Position numbers and translations under genes: made by a program. Positions 47,723 to 57,811 of a stretch of DNA of 64,000 nucleotides are shown here, piece by piece. The notes beneath the pieces are model-generated. The model did no database searches, was not told where the DNA came from, and was given only the letters and a program-made list of their open reading frames with translations. The stretch comes from an uncultured delta proteobacterium. GTDB taxonomy: Bacteria > Desulfobacterota > Binatia > Binatales > Binataceae. Every line of letters begins with the position of its first letter. Position 1 is the stretch's first letter. Where the stretch lies: contig CAWCDG010000007.1 in the NCBI GenBank assembly GCA_963794325.1, forward strand, positions 1 to 64,000, written 5' to 3'.

Positions 47723-48934
47723 ATGGAACTGGCACCCAAGCGGGCCGGATTCGCGCCGGAACGAATCAATCGGATCACCGAGCATCTCGACAAGAATTAC
47801 GTCGCGCCGGGCAAAATCGCCGGATGCCAGACGCTGGTCGCGCGGCATGGGCACGTCGCCTATTTCAAATCGCAGGGCCTGATGGATCGAGAGCGCCGCA
47901 AGCCTCTCGCGGACGACACGATCTTTCGGCTGTATTCGATGACCAAGCCGATCACGTCGGTCGCATTGATGACGCTCTTCGAGCAGGGGCACTTCCAGCT
48001 CAACGATCCAGTGTCGCGATTCATCCCGGCGTGGCGCGATCACAGAGTGTGGGTATCCGGCGAGGGCGCGAGCATGGAGACGGCGGCGCCGTCGCGGCCG
48101 ATGACGATGCGTCACGTGCTTAGCCACACTGGCGGTCTCACATATGGTGCGACCAATCATCCTGTCGACCGGGCATATCGCGAAGCGGGAGTGGGGCGAG
48201 GTGCCGGCGAGACGCTAAGCGGGTTCGCGGAAAAGCTGGCGAAGGTGCCGCTACGTTATCAGCCGGGAGAGCGCTGGATGTACTCGCTGTCGACCGACGT
48301 ATGCGGTTACCTGGTCGAGGCGATCTCAGGAAAACGTTTCGATCAATACTTGCAGGAAACTATTTTCGACCCGCTCGACATGAAGGATACATCGTTCATG
48401 GTTGCGCCTCGCAAGGCGGATCGTTTTGCCGCCAACTACGAGCGGCAGGCCGATAAGAGTCTCAAGCTGATAGACGATCCGGAGCGGAGTAACTATCTGA
48501 AGCAGCCGACGTTCTTCTCCGGCGGCGGAGGACTTACCGGCACGACCGCCGACTATCTGCGCTTTTGCGAGATGCTGCGCCGCGGCGGCGAGTTGGACGG
48601 TGTGCGCATCCTGGGACCTCGCACAATTGAGTTGATGCATCTTAACCACCTGGCGGGCGGTAAAGACCTGAGCCAGATGGCGATTGGCGCGTTCTCGGAG
48701 ACTGCCTATGAAGGTGTAGGTTTCGGGCTGGGCTTCGCGATGACGCTTGGACAGGTCGAAGCGGGCGCGCTTGGAGGCGGGGACTACTATTGGGGCGGCG
48801 CCGCGTCCACTATATTCTGGGTGGATCCCAAGGAGGACTTGGTCGTGATCTTCATGACCCAGTTGATGCCCTCGGCTACGTTCAATTTCCGTGGACAACT
48901 AAGAAACATCATCTACTCGGCTATCGTCGAGTGA
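47723..48934 (+). CDS. Serine hydrolase, beta-lactamase class C/esterase family
   Basis: IFRLYSMTK (SxxK), LSHTGGL, PGERWMYS, WGGAAST. Confidence 0.92.
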   Translation: MELAPKRAGFAPERINRITEHLDKNYVAPGKIAGCQTLVARHGHVAYFKSQGLMDRERRKPLADDTIFRLYSMTKPITSVALMTLFEQGHFQLNDPVSRFIPAWRDHRVWVSGEGASMETAAPSRPMTMRHVLSHTGGLTYGATNHPVDRAYREAGVGRGAGETLSGFAEKLAKVPLRYQPGERWMYSLSTDVCGYLVEAISGKRFDQYLQETIFDPLDMKDTSFMVAPRKADRFAANYERQADKSLKLIDDPERSNYLKQPTFFSGGGGLTGTTADYLRFCEMLRRGGELDGVRILGPRTIELMHLNHLAGGKDLSQMAIGAFSETAYEGVGFGLGFAMTLGQVEAGALGGGDYYWGGAASTIFWVDPKEDLVVIFMTQLMPSATFNFRGQLRNIIYSAIVE

Positions 48935-48944
48935 GGAGTGCGCG

Positions 48945-49907
48945 ATGAAGGCTGCGGTTTACTATCAAAACGGCGGGCCAGAAGTTCTCAAGTATGAAGA
49001 CGTGCCCGATCCTGAATGCCATCCTAAAGGAGTAGTGATTCGTGTCGAGGCTGTAAGTATCGAAGGCGGCGACACGCTTAACCGATGGCATGGTGCGCTG
49101 GCCAGTAAGCCTCATGTGGTTGGGTACCAGGCCGGCGGCGAAATCGTCCAGGTTGGATCGGAGGTGACGGACCTGAAGGTAGGACAGAAGGTCACCACCG
49201 TCTTCGGAGCCGGTTCTCATGCGGCTTTGCGGGCGGTGCCGGCGCGCAACGCATGGCCGGTGCCTAAGGGGTTCGACATCAAGCTGGCCGCGGCTATCCC
49301 CGTGCCATTCGGCACCGCGGACGATTGCCTGTTCGAGTTCGGGCATTTGAACTCGAACGAGACAGTCCTGGTGCAGGCGGGCGCCAGCGGCGTAGGTGTC
49401 GCAGCGATTCAACTGGCCAAGCGCGCAGGCGCGACTGTTCTAGCGACGGCGTCGAGCAACGAACGGCTGGAACGGCTTAAGCCGCTAGGCCTCGACCATG
49501 GCATCAACTATAAGACTGACGACGTTGTGAAGTCGGTGATGAAGATAACTCACAACCGGGGCGTCGATCTCGTGGTTGACCCGGTAGGTGGCGCTACCCT
49601 CCAAGGCAGCCTGCTATCGCTCGCTTATCGCGGACGCGTGTCGATGGTCGGATCGGCGGGACGCGAAGCGATGACCGTCGATGTCTCTTCGTTGATGGCG
49701 GGCAATCGATCCTTGACGGGAGTCTTTCTGGGAGCCGAGATAGGGACCGATCGCGCGCATAACATGATCCAGCGTCTGATCGACGAAGCAGCTCGAGGCG
49801 AGTTAAAGGTCGTAATCGATCGAACCTTCCCGCTGTCGGAGGCTGCGGCCGCTCACGCTTACATCGAGAGCCGGCAAGCTGTCGGCAGGGTTCTGCTTAT
49901 CCCCTAG
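48945..49907 (+). CDS. MDR-family NADPH:quinone oxidoreductase
   Basis: GGPEVLKYEDVPDP, AGASGVG, FPLSEAAAAH, GRVLL. Confidence 0.92.
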   Translation: MKAAVYYQNGGPEVLKYEDVPDPECHPKGVVIRVEAVSIEGGDTLNRWHGALASKPHVVGYQAGGEIVQVGSEVTDLKVGQKVTTVFGAGSHAALRAVPARNAWPVPKGFDIKLAAAIPVPFGTADDCLFEFGHLNSNETVLVQAGASGVGVAAIQLAKRAGATVLATASSNERLERLKPLGLDHGINYKTDDVVKSVMKITHNRGVDLVVDPVGGATLQGSLLSLAYRGRVSMVGSAGREAMTVDVSSLMAGNRSLTGVFLGAEIGTDRAHNMIQRLIDEAARGELKVVIDRTFPLSEAAAAHAYIESRQAVGRVLLIP

Positions 49908-49994
49908 CAGGGTGTTGAGGAAACCCCGACGATGAATCCTTCCGCAAAATTGATTTCAACACCCTGCGTAAAAGCTGGCCGCTTTCCTTTATCT

Positions 49995-50032
49995 TCTCTC
50001 CCGCTCTGTTGCGGGGGAGATAAGAGAGGGGG
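49995..50032. repeat. Short palindromic extragenic element
   Basis: TCTCTCCCGC-TCTGTT-GCGGGGGAGA stem followed by TAAGAGAGGGG; single copy seen in this window. Confidence 0.4.
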
Positions 50033-50093
50033 AGCAGGCCGTGATTTATCAACGGCCTGCTAGGATCACAGTCTTCGCGGATAGCAGCGAAGA

Positions 50094-53000
50094 ATGCCGG
50101 CGGCAGCGAAAGCAAAAACTCGTATCGAAGCGCCCGCAACGCCACCGCGGGCGCACGCTGCGCGGAAGATTTTCAATTCGGCGAAGCTTAGAGCAGAAGC
50201 CGGCGGGCTGACGCTGCTAGGTCTGGCGCTGATCGTAAACGCAGTATTGTTGTGGCCGGAAATTCGCATCGAGCGGGTGCCGGTCAACGACCTGACTTTC
50301 CATATCGCCGCGTCGCAACGCCTGGCGCAGAGTCTGATCACTGGTGACTCATTCCTGGACCCATGGATGTCGCAATGGGCGCTGGGATATCCGCTATGGC
50401 ACTTCTATCAGCCGCTTCCGCACATGATTGCGGGACTGTGGCTAGCTGCCACCAGCCATTTCGCGTCGGCGCCCGCGTCATTTGCGGTGCTCTACTATCT
50501 ATTGATGGTGGCCCTGCCTGCATCCACTTATCTGGGTGCGCGACTATTCGGGTTGGAGCCGATTGCAGCAGGATTTGCTTCCATTCTGATCATTAGTGTT
50601 AGCGAGGTTGGCGATCTCAGCCGTTATGGGGTGGCGTACGGCGCTTACGTTCGGCGCGGGTCGGGCCTTTACACGCAACTAATGTCCTACAACCTGCTGA
50701 TGCCTGCACTAGGACTCGCCAATTACTCGCTCAACACCGGCAGGCGGAAAATTCTATCAGCCAGCCTGGTTGCCTTGACAGCCCTATCGCACGTCGTGTT
50801 CGGTTATGCCGCAATAGTGTCAGTAGCGATAGTGGCCCTGGTTGGCCCGCGGGGCGATCGCTCGCGACGACTCGTCCGCGCCGCAGGGGTCCTGATTCCC
50901 GCCTTCATCTTGCTTGCATGGTTTGTGGTTCCGATGCTGCTGGCGAGCGGCGAAGCGAACCGATGCCGCTGGGACGACGTTTGGAAGTTCGATTCGTGGG
51001 GCGCGAGGAACATATTCGACGCGCTCTTATCCGGGCGCTTTTTCGATGAAGGCAGATTGCCCGTCATGACGTTGGCGCTGGCGGTCTCGTTGATGCTCGC
51101 AGTGTATCGGTGGAAAAGACCGATGGCGCGACGGCTGCTGGTTCTGACCGCGGTCTGGCTGGCGATTTTCTTCGGCCGGGCGACCTGGGGATATTTCATG
51201 ATCGCCCTGGGGCTTCCGCGGACCTTTCATATCAGCCGGTTCGAGTCGGTATTCGAACTGTTTGCCGTACTGTTGATGGCGTGGGCGCTAGCGAAAATAG
51301 TCGCGGCGGCGTGGAAAGCCGGACGTGCAGCAAGGCTGGTGGCTGTGATCGCGTTGAGCGCGATGGCATTAGTAATGTTCGTTGAGCGCTTCAATTTCCT
51401 CACGCTAAGTAACTATTGGGGAGACGAAAGTCTGGCGGGAATTGCGAGTGAAGGATCCGATCTCGAAGCTGCGCTAGCCGACATCCGTACGATCACGCGC
51501 GAACGTCCGGGCCGGGTGTGGTCAGGTCCTACCGGAATGTGGGCCGCTAAGTTCCAAATCGCCAAGACACAGCCCTATACGTTTCTCTCGCTCGCAGGAT
51601 TCGATGAGCTCAGCTTTCTTTACCACAGCTTGTCATGGAGCTCGGACGTGACTGCCGAACTCAACGAACGCGATCCTTACCAGGTCAAGTTATTCGCGAT
51701 GCGTGCCGTGCTGGCGCCCACGAATCAAGAGATGCCTTCCTACTTCAAACGTCGAGCAGTCCACGGCAAGCTCGCGGTTTACGAGGCTTCGAACGAAGGT
51801 TACTTCGGACTGGTGGACATCGGCGCGCGATATGATGGCCCACTAACGACGGTGCTCAATCGGGACTGGCGATGGATGGATGATCCTGGGGTTCGGGCCG
51901 GCGCAGTTGTCGCCTTGGGTGGCGATCTCCGCGGAGTGCCCGAATGGAAGTTGTTCGAATCGCTGCCGCCACTCAATCCGAGCTTCTCGACTCCGCGCGG
52001 CTCAGTAATTTCCGAAAGCAAGCAGGGTGAGACCTACGGCGCGCACCTCGCGGTCCTACGCCCGTGCTATGCGCTGCTTAAGATCACTTACTTCCCGGGC
52101 CAGCAGGCCACCGTTGACGGAAAGCCTGCGCCCATATTTCGCGTGTATCCCAATTTCTGTGCAATTCCAGTCGGGCCGGGAGAGCATCAGATAGAAGTGC
52201 GGTACCATCCGGGACCTATCAAGCCGATATTGCTGGTTACTGGATTCATATTGGTCGGACTTATCGCGCAGGCGATGCGCAAGCCGAACTACGCGGCGAG
52301 CGAGCAAAGAATCGCCGCACGGCTCGCCGAGTTGGCGACACCTTGGGACACTCCGCGCATGCGGACAGCGCTGGCGCTAGCGGTACTGGTCTTACTCTTT
52401 ACGCGCGCGCTTTTCAGCGGCAATCTGCTCATGGGACATGACTCACTAGCCTATCCGCCGCGACTGACCGAATTTGCGAAGGTACTGAGCGACCACCAAT
52501 TCCCGCCAGTATGGGCGCCGGACCTGGGATCAGGCCATGGACAGCCGCTGTTCGAATTCGCACCACCTCTGATCTATGCGACCGCATTGCCTTTCTTCAG
52601 AGGCGGCATGTCACTTGCTGATTCGCTTCAATTCGGATTGGCGATGCTGTTCGCGCTCGGCGCCATCGCAATTTTTCGAATCGGGCGAAAGCTCTCGTTT
52701 TCTCGGCTGGCTTCAGTCGGCGCCGCGGCCGCATGGCTGTTCGCTCCATACCAGGCTCTGGACATTTACGTGTGCGGGCGATTCGCCGAGTCGGCCGCGA
52801 TTGCAGTAGCTCCTATCGGGCTGCTCGGCCTCCTCATAGCTCTTCAGCGTCCGACTGTAATCAGTGTGTTGGTAGGCGCACTAGCTGTGGCGCTGCTGCC
52901 GCTGGCGCACAATGCGGTCGCGTTGCTGATGTTTCCGGCATTTGCGGCAATAGTAGTCGTTCGCGCCGCGGTCTCGGATAGTCGGCTGAGAACCGCAGCC

Positions 53001-54056
53001 GCTGGGGCTTCCGTGCTCGTCGGCGGGCTAGGACTTAGTGCTTTCTTCTGGCTTCCTGCGTTCCTCGAACGCGATCTAGTCAAGACCAACCTTCTGCTGA
53101 CCGGCGTACTAAATTGGACCAACTACATTATCAACCCCTCCCAGTTGCTTTGGTCGCCCTGGGGATACGGCATCTCGATGCGCGGCCCTACGAACGGCAT
53201 CTCTTACTCACTCGGGCTCTTCCACATAGCCTTGGCCGTCGCGGGAGTACTTATCGCGATCCGCGCGGCGAATCGTATTCGCCGCCTTGACGCCTTAGTC
53301 TTCGCCGGCGCGGCGGTGGTCGGCGCACTGTTAGCCACTGACTGGTCATGGAAGATTTGGGAGCACGTCGCCACTCTTCAATATCTCGTTTATCCGTGGC
53401 GTACCTTATGTGTTCCAGCTCTCTTCATGCCATTGCTGGCTCTCTATGCGTTCGACCGGATGGGCCAGAGACTAGCATCTACGGCGATTGTAGTCCTCGT
53501 AGTATTTAACCTGGCGCACACTCAACCCAAGGGAATTGAGACCTATGACGAGGCCTACTATAGTGCAGACCTGATTGCTCAAAAAGGAATCAATACGACC
53601 ACTCGCGAAGAGTATGAGCCGCAAACTGTCTATCACCGTCCCGCGTTTGACCCTGTATCTCTCAAAGGTGTGAGATCGGCGCCGGTCGTATCGCAGCTTG
53701 CGGTCAGCTCGAACCGCCAGTCGTTCACGGTTGACGCGAGCGAGCCCTCGTTAATGCAGGATTCGATCTTCGACTATCCCGGATGGACGGTGCTGGTTGA
53801 CGATAGCGAAGTTGCGACCTCGCCAGCCTCGGATAGCGGCGAGATCACCTTCAATGTCCCATCGGGTATTAATAGCGTCCTGGTTGAGCTACGTCCTACT
53901 CCTGTTCGGCGATGGTCTTACTATGCATCTCTGGCCACGGGCGCAGTGATGATTCTCATAATGACGTTTGCACTGATCACCGGGCGGAAACGTAGGGAGC
54001 CAGTCGATAAGGCTGGATCTACAGCTAAAAAAGCTCGCCCGATGAAAAGCGCTTGA
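50094..54056 (+). CDS. 1320-aa polytopic membrane protein: two tandem GT-C ('PTPS-related'/YfhO-like) modules
   Basis: Module 1 ND..FH...W...WALGYPLWHFYQPL ... YFPGQQATVDG; module 2 HD...Y...WAPDLGSGHGQPLFEFAPPL ... DYPGWTVLVDD. Confidence 0.75.
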   Translation: MPAAAKAKTRIEAPATPPRAHAARKIFNSAKLRAEAGGLTLLGLALIVNAVLLWPEIRIERVPVNDLTFHIAASQRLAQSLITGDSFLDPWMSQWALGYPLWHFYQPLPHMIAGLWLAATSHFASAPASFAVLYYLLMVALPASTYLGARLFGLEPIAAGFASILIISVSEVGDLSRYGVAYGAYVRRGSGLYTQLMSYNLLMPALGLANYSLNTGRRKILSASLVALTALSHVVFGYAAIVSVAIVALVGPRGDRSRRLVRAAGVLIPAFILLAWFVVPMLLASGEANRCRWDDVWKFDSWGARNIFDALLSGRFFDEGRLPVMTLALAVSLMLAVYRWKRPMARRLLVLTAVWLAIFFGRATWGYFMIALGLPRTFHISRFESVFELFAVLLMAWALAKIVAAAWKAGRAARLVAVIALSAMALVMFVERFNFLTLSNYWGDESLAGIASEGSDLEAALADIRTITRERPGRVWSGPTGMWAAKFQIAKTQPYTFLSLAGFDELSFLYHSLSWSSDVTAELNERDPYQVKLFAMRAVLAPTNQEMPSYFKRRAVHGKLAVYEASNEGYFGLVDIGARYDGPLTTVLNRDWRWMDDPGVRAGAVVALGGDLRGVPEWKLFESLPPLNPSFSTPRGSVISESKQGETYGAHLAVLRPCYALLKITYFPGQQATVDGKPAPIFRVYPNFCAIPVGPGEHQIEVRYHPGPIKPILLVTGFILVGLIAQAMRKPNYAASEQRIAARLAELATPWDTPRMRTALALAVLVLLFTRALFSGNLLMGHDSLAYPPRLTEFAKVLSDHQFPPVWAPDLGSGHGQPLFEFAPPLIYATALPFFRGGMSLADSLQFGLAMLFALGAIAIFRIGRKLSFSRLASVGAAAAWLFAPYQALDIYVCGRFAESAAIAVAPIGLLGLLIALQRPTVISVLVGALAVALLPLAHNAVALLMFPAFAAIVVVRAAVSDSRLRTAAAGASVLVGGLGLSAFFWLPAFLERDLVKTNLLLTGVLNWTNYIINPSQLLWSPWGYGISMRGPTNGISYSLGLFHIALAVAGVLIAIRAANRIRRLDALVFAGAAVVGALLATDWSWKIWEHVATLQYLVYPWRTLCVPALFMPLLALYAFDRMGQRLASTAIVVLVVFNLAHTQPKGIETYDEAYYSADLIAQKGINTTTREEYEPQTVYHRPAFDPVSLKGVRSAPVVSQLAVSSNRQSFTVDASEPSLMQDSIFDYPGWTVLVDDSEVATSPASDSGEITFNVPSGINSVLVELRPTPVRRWSYYASLATGAVMILIMTFALITGRKRREPVDKAGSTAKKARPMKSA

Positions 54057-54058
54057 CG

Positions 54059-54778
54059 CTAGGCCACGAATATCTCTTCGAAGAAGTCGGACATAGCTTT
54101 CCACGATCGTGTGTCCACTAGCTTGTTGTAACCGATACCCGGCATGCCAATACTGTCCGAGTTCGGATTGGTGAAGCTATGCTTCGCGCCTCCATAGACG
54201 ATCACCTGCCAGTCTGCGCCGGCGTTCTTCATCTCAGTCTCGAAGGCAGTGACCTGTTCGAACGGGATCATGGTGTCATCAGCGCCGGTGCACACGAGGA
54301 TTTTCGTTTTAACCTTGCCTGCCTCGGCCGGTCGCAGTGTTTGCAGTCCGCCATGAAAGCTGACGATACCCTTGAGCGGCGCGCCGTCGCGAGCGAGTTC
54401 CAGCGAGAACGTACCGCCCATACAGAATCCTATCGCGGCCAGCCGGGCAGGGTCGGTCTGCGGCATTGACGCGAGACGGTCGAGCGCCGCGCGACCGCGC
54501 TTGCGGAGTTTGGCCGGATCCGTAAAAAGCGGTGTCGCAAGCTTCATCGCCTCGGGCAGGCTCGATACTTCGATTCCGTTGCCATACGGATCGCCGGCGA
54601 ATGCGACGTAGCCCAGCTCTGCCAGGCGCTCGGCGCGTTTCTTCGCATGCTCACCCAGTCCGAACGCCTCCGGCATCACGAGGACGCCAGGCCGCTTGCC
54701 GGTTTTCTTCTCGTCGTACGCGAGATAGCCGCGAAGGGCTACGTCGCCGTCCTTGTATTCGATTGTTTCTGTTTTCAT
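54059..54778 (-). CDS. Dienelactone hydrolase-family protein
   Basis: PEAFGL, GFCMGG nucleophile Cys, SFHG, AKHSFTNP. Confidence 0.93.
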   Translation of the reverse strand: MKTETIEYKDGDVALRGYLAYDEKKTGKRPGVLVMPEAFGLGEHAKKRAERLAELGYVAFAGDPYGNGIEVSSLPEAMKLATPLFTDPAKLRKRGRAALDRLASMPQTDPARLAAIGFCMGGTFSLELARDGAPLKGIVSFHGGLQTLRPAEAGKVKTKILVCTGADDTMIPFEQVTAFETEMKNAGADWQVIVYGGAKHSFTNPNSDSIGMPGIGYNKLVDTRSWKAMSDFFEEIFVA

Positions 54779-54886
54779 TCGCGTCTCCGATGAGTGTGAT
54801 TCAATCGCCATCTTGCACAATTCGAGCATTTTCTGGAAGCGCCGGAATAGTTGTAGGTTAACGCATCGCGAGCCGAGGAGGCTTCA

Positions 54887-55621
54887 ATGCTCGAGCTGTA
54901 TCACGCCCACATTTCGACGTGCAGTCAAAAGGTCCGGCTGTGCCTGGCGGAGAAGGGGCTAGTGTGGACCAGCCATCCAATCGAATTTGCACGTGGTGAG
55001 CATCTGATGCCGGCGTATCTCGCTCTGAATCCCAACGGCGTCGTACCTACGCTGGTGCATGACGGGCGTCCCGTCATCGACTCGTCGGTGATCTGCGAAT
55101 ACCTCGAGGAAATCGCTCCCAGCGAAGGCAGCGCGCTGATGCCTCGCGACGCTTACGGGCGGGCGCGAGTCCGCGCGTGGCTGCGTTACATCGAGGAAGT
55201 GCCGACCGCGGCGATTCGTGTGCCGTCGTTCAACGGGTTGTTTCTCAAGGGATGGCGCCAGATGAGCGACACGCAGCGCGCTGGATACATCGCAGCAACG
55301 CCGCTGCGCAAGGGACACTATCGTCGCTTCGGCACCGAAGGCTTTTCGAAAGATCAGATGGACGAATCCACCGAGCGGCTGCGCCAGACCGTCGAGAGAA
55401 TCGACTCTGCGGTTGCGAAGACCGCGCAGTGGCTGGCAAGCGATACGATCTCGCTGGCCGACTTATGCGTACTGCCGACGATCGTGCGGATGTCGGACAT
55501 CGGCCTCGAACATGTATGGCGCGACCTGCCCAACATGACGGATTGGTACGCGCGAATCAGATCGCGGCCGTCATTCGAGCAGGCATTCTATCCGGGCGCG
55601 CGCGTCTCGGTTGCCGATTAG
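54887..55621 (+). CDS. Glutathione S-transferase-family protein
   Basis: STCSQKVRL, NPNGVVPTL, DSSVICEYL, SLADL; GGAGG RBS. Confidence 0.92.
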   Translation: MLELYHAHISTCSQKVRLCLAEKGLVWTSHPIEFARGEHLMPAYLALNPNGVVPTLVHDGRPVIDSSVICEYLEEIAPSEGSALMPRDAYGRARVRAWLRYIEEVPTAAIRVPSFNGLFLKGWRQMSDTQRAGYIAATPLRKGHYRRFGTEGFSKDQMDESTERLRQTVERIDSAVAKTAQWLASDTISLADLCVLPTIVRMSDIGLEHVWRDLPNMTDWYARIRSRPSFEQAFYPGARVSVAD

Positions 55622-55661
55622 GAATTCGCGGCGCGACGCGAGTTTTGCTAGGAGCTTGGTT

Positions 55662-56156
55662 ATGGCAGATCCCGATTTCGGTCAGTTCAAGCTGGTGCAC
55701 AAAGGCCATTCGTTCGAAGAATTCCACGAGGGCCAGGTCTTCGATCATCATTGGGGCCGCACGATCAACGCCGGCGACAATTCGCTCTTCACCACCGCGA
55801 CGCTGGCGCACTGCCCGCTGTACTTCAACGCGGAGTATGCGCGCGCGCACGGTCATCCCGATGTGGTCGTCGATCCGATGCTGGTTGCGTGCACGGTGGT
55901 CGGCATCTCGGTCGAGGATTTGAGCGAAGCGGGCGGACCGTTCCTCGGCATTAACAATTTGGAATTTCACCGCCCGGTCTATCCAGGAGACACGCTGACC
56001 GCGCGCAGCACTGTCGTCTCGACGCGCGAATCGGCGAGCCGCGGAAATTTCGGAATCGTCACCTGGCGCACTGAAGCGCGCAATCAACGCGACGAACTCG
56101 TCATCAGCTACGAGCGCACCAACCTCGTCGCCAAACGCAGAGGAGCGCCATTGTGA
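55662..56156 (+). CDS. MaoC-family (hot-dog) dehydratase 1
   Basis: FEEFHEGQVFDHHWGRTI, PLYFN, PVYPGDTL; GGAG RBS. Confidence 0.88.
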   Translation: MADPDFGQFKLVHKGHSFEEFHEGQVFDHHWGRTINAGDNSLFTTATLAHCPLYFNAEYARAHGHPDVVVDPMLVACTVVGISVEDLSEAGGPFLGINNLEFHRPVYPGDTLTARSTVVSTRESASRGNFGIVTWRTEARNQRDELVISYERTNLVAKRRGAPL

Positions 56157-57329
56157 GTTACATGACCGACGAGCGGCGGATGATTCAGCAGACGGCGCGC
56201 GACTTCGCGATGAACGAAGTTTTGCCCATCGCGAACAAGCTCGATCCCGAGCAAGGCGACATCCCGATGTCAGTTGCGGGACAAGCTGGCCGAGATGGGC
56301 TACTTCGGCGTCGTCATTCCGGAGGAATACGGCGGGCTCGGCATGGGCGCGTTCGAGTACGCGTTGATTACCGAGGAACTCGCGCGCGCATGGATGAGCG
56401 TCGCGAGCATCATCGCGCGCGGTAACGGACTCGGCGGCGGTTTCACGGCGGCTCAGCGGCGCGAATACCTTCCGCGGATGGCACGTGGAGAATTTCTCGG
56501 CGCGGCTGCGCTGTCGGAGCCTGACGCGGGATCCGATCTCGCCAACGTCTCGTGCAAAGCGACGCGCGACGGCGACGGCTGGATGCTCAACGGCACCAAG
56601 ACCTGGTGCACATTTGCCGACGGCGCGGATTTCATCTCGGTGCTCGCGCGCACGAAGCAGCCGTCTGATCCGCGCCGCCGTCACGAGGGCATCAGCCAGT
56701 TCCTCGTTCTCAAGGAGCGCGGCAAGTTTCCGCCGGGGCTCACGGGTTCGCCGATTCGCAAGATTGGGTACTTCGGATGGAAGACGTGGGAGCTGCACTT
56801 CGACAACTTCAAGCTGCCGGCCGACGCGTTGCTCGGACGAGAGCGCGAAGACCGCGGCGAGGGCAAGGGATTCTACGGGGCAGTCAGCGGGCTGGAGGTC
56901 GCGCGCGTGCATACTGCGGCGCGTGCGATCGGGTTGGCGCGAGGCGGCCTCGAAGACGCGTTGTCATACGCGCAGAAGCGGGTCGCATTCGGGCAGCCGA
57001 TCGGAGAATTCCAAGCGATTCGATTCAAGCTCGCCGAAATGGCGACCGAGATCGAAGCCGCGCGCCAGCTCATGTACTTCGTCGCGACGGAAGTCGATAG
57101 CAAGCGGCGATGCGACAAGGAGGCCTCGATGGCGAAGCTGTTCGCCTCCGAAATGGCCGAGCGCGTGACCAGCCAGGCGCTGCAGATTCACGGCGGCTAC
57201 GGATACACCAAGGACTTCCCGCTCGAACGCTACTGGCGCGACGCGCGCCTGACCAAGATTTTCGAAGGCACTTCTGAAATCCAGTTGCGTATCATCTCCG
57301 ATCGCCTGCTGCCGAGGGTGCGAAAGTGA
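56153..57329 (+). CDS. Acyl-CoA dehydrogenase with a 1-nt frameshift at 56270-56273
   Basis: N-terminus (ERRMIQQTARDFA) in one frame, remainder (PEEYGGLG, LSEPDAGSD, IHGGYGY, IFEGTSEIQ) in the next; one extra base in ATG-TCAG-TTG. Confidence 0.88.
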
Positions 57330-57811
57330 GTACGTCTATCTCGAAACTGACTGGCAAGGGCAATTATTTCGAAGACTTCGAAGTCGGCGCGAAGATGCGT
57401 CATGCGCGCGGCACCACCATCGGCGAGATCGAAAATCAGATGCTCACGAAGCTCGTGCTGAACACCGCCGACGGCCACTACAACGAGCATCGCATGCGAT
57501 CGACGCAATTCGGCCAGCGCCTGGTCTTCGGCCTCGTGACCGGATCGGTATGCATCGGGCTGGCGACGCAGGATACCGCCGAAAATGCGCTCGCGGAGCT
57601 GGGCCTGACGGGTATCAGGTTCACGTCGCCGGTTTTTCATGGCGATACGCTCTATGCGTACACGGAAGTGCTCGAAAAGCGCGACGCCGATCGCGACGAC
57701 GCCGGCATCGTGCGCTTCAAGCATTGGGGAACCAAGCACGACGGGACGATCGTCTTCGAGGGCGAGCGCACAGTGCTAATCAAGCGCCGCTCGCATTGGG
57801 GCAATCGATGA
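57326..57811 (+). CDS. MaoC-family (hot-dog) dehydratase 2
   Basis: GNYFEDFEVG..MRHARGTTI, LNTADGHYN, PVFHGDTLYA; GTGA overlap. Confidence 0.88.
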   Translation: MSTSISKLTGKGNYFEDFEVGAKMRHARGTTIGEIENQMLTKLVLNTADGHYNEHRMRSTQFGQRLVFGLVTGSVCIGLATQDTAENALAELGLTGIRFTSPVFHGDTLYAYTEVLEKRDADRDDAGIVRFKHWGTKHDGTIVFEGERTVLIKRRSHWGNR

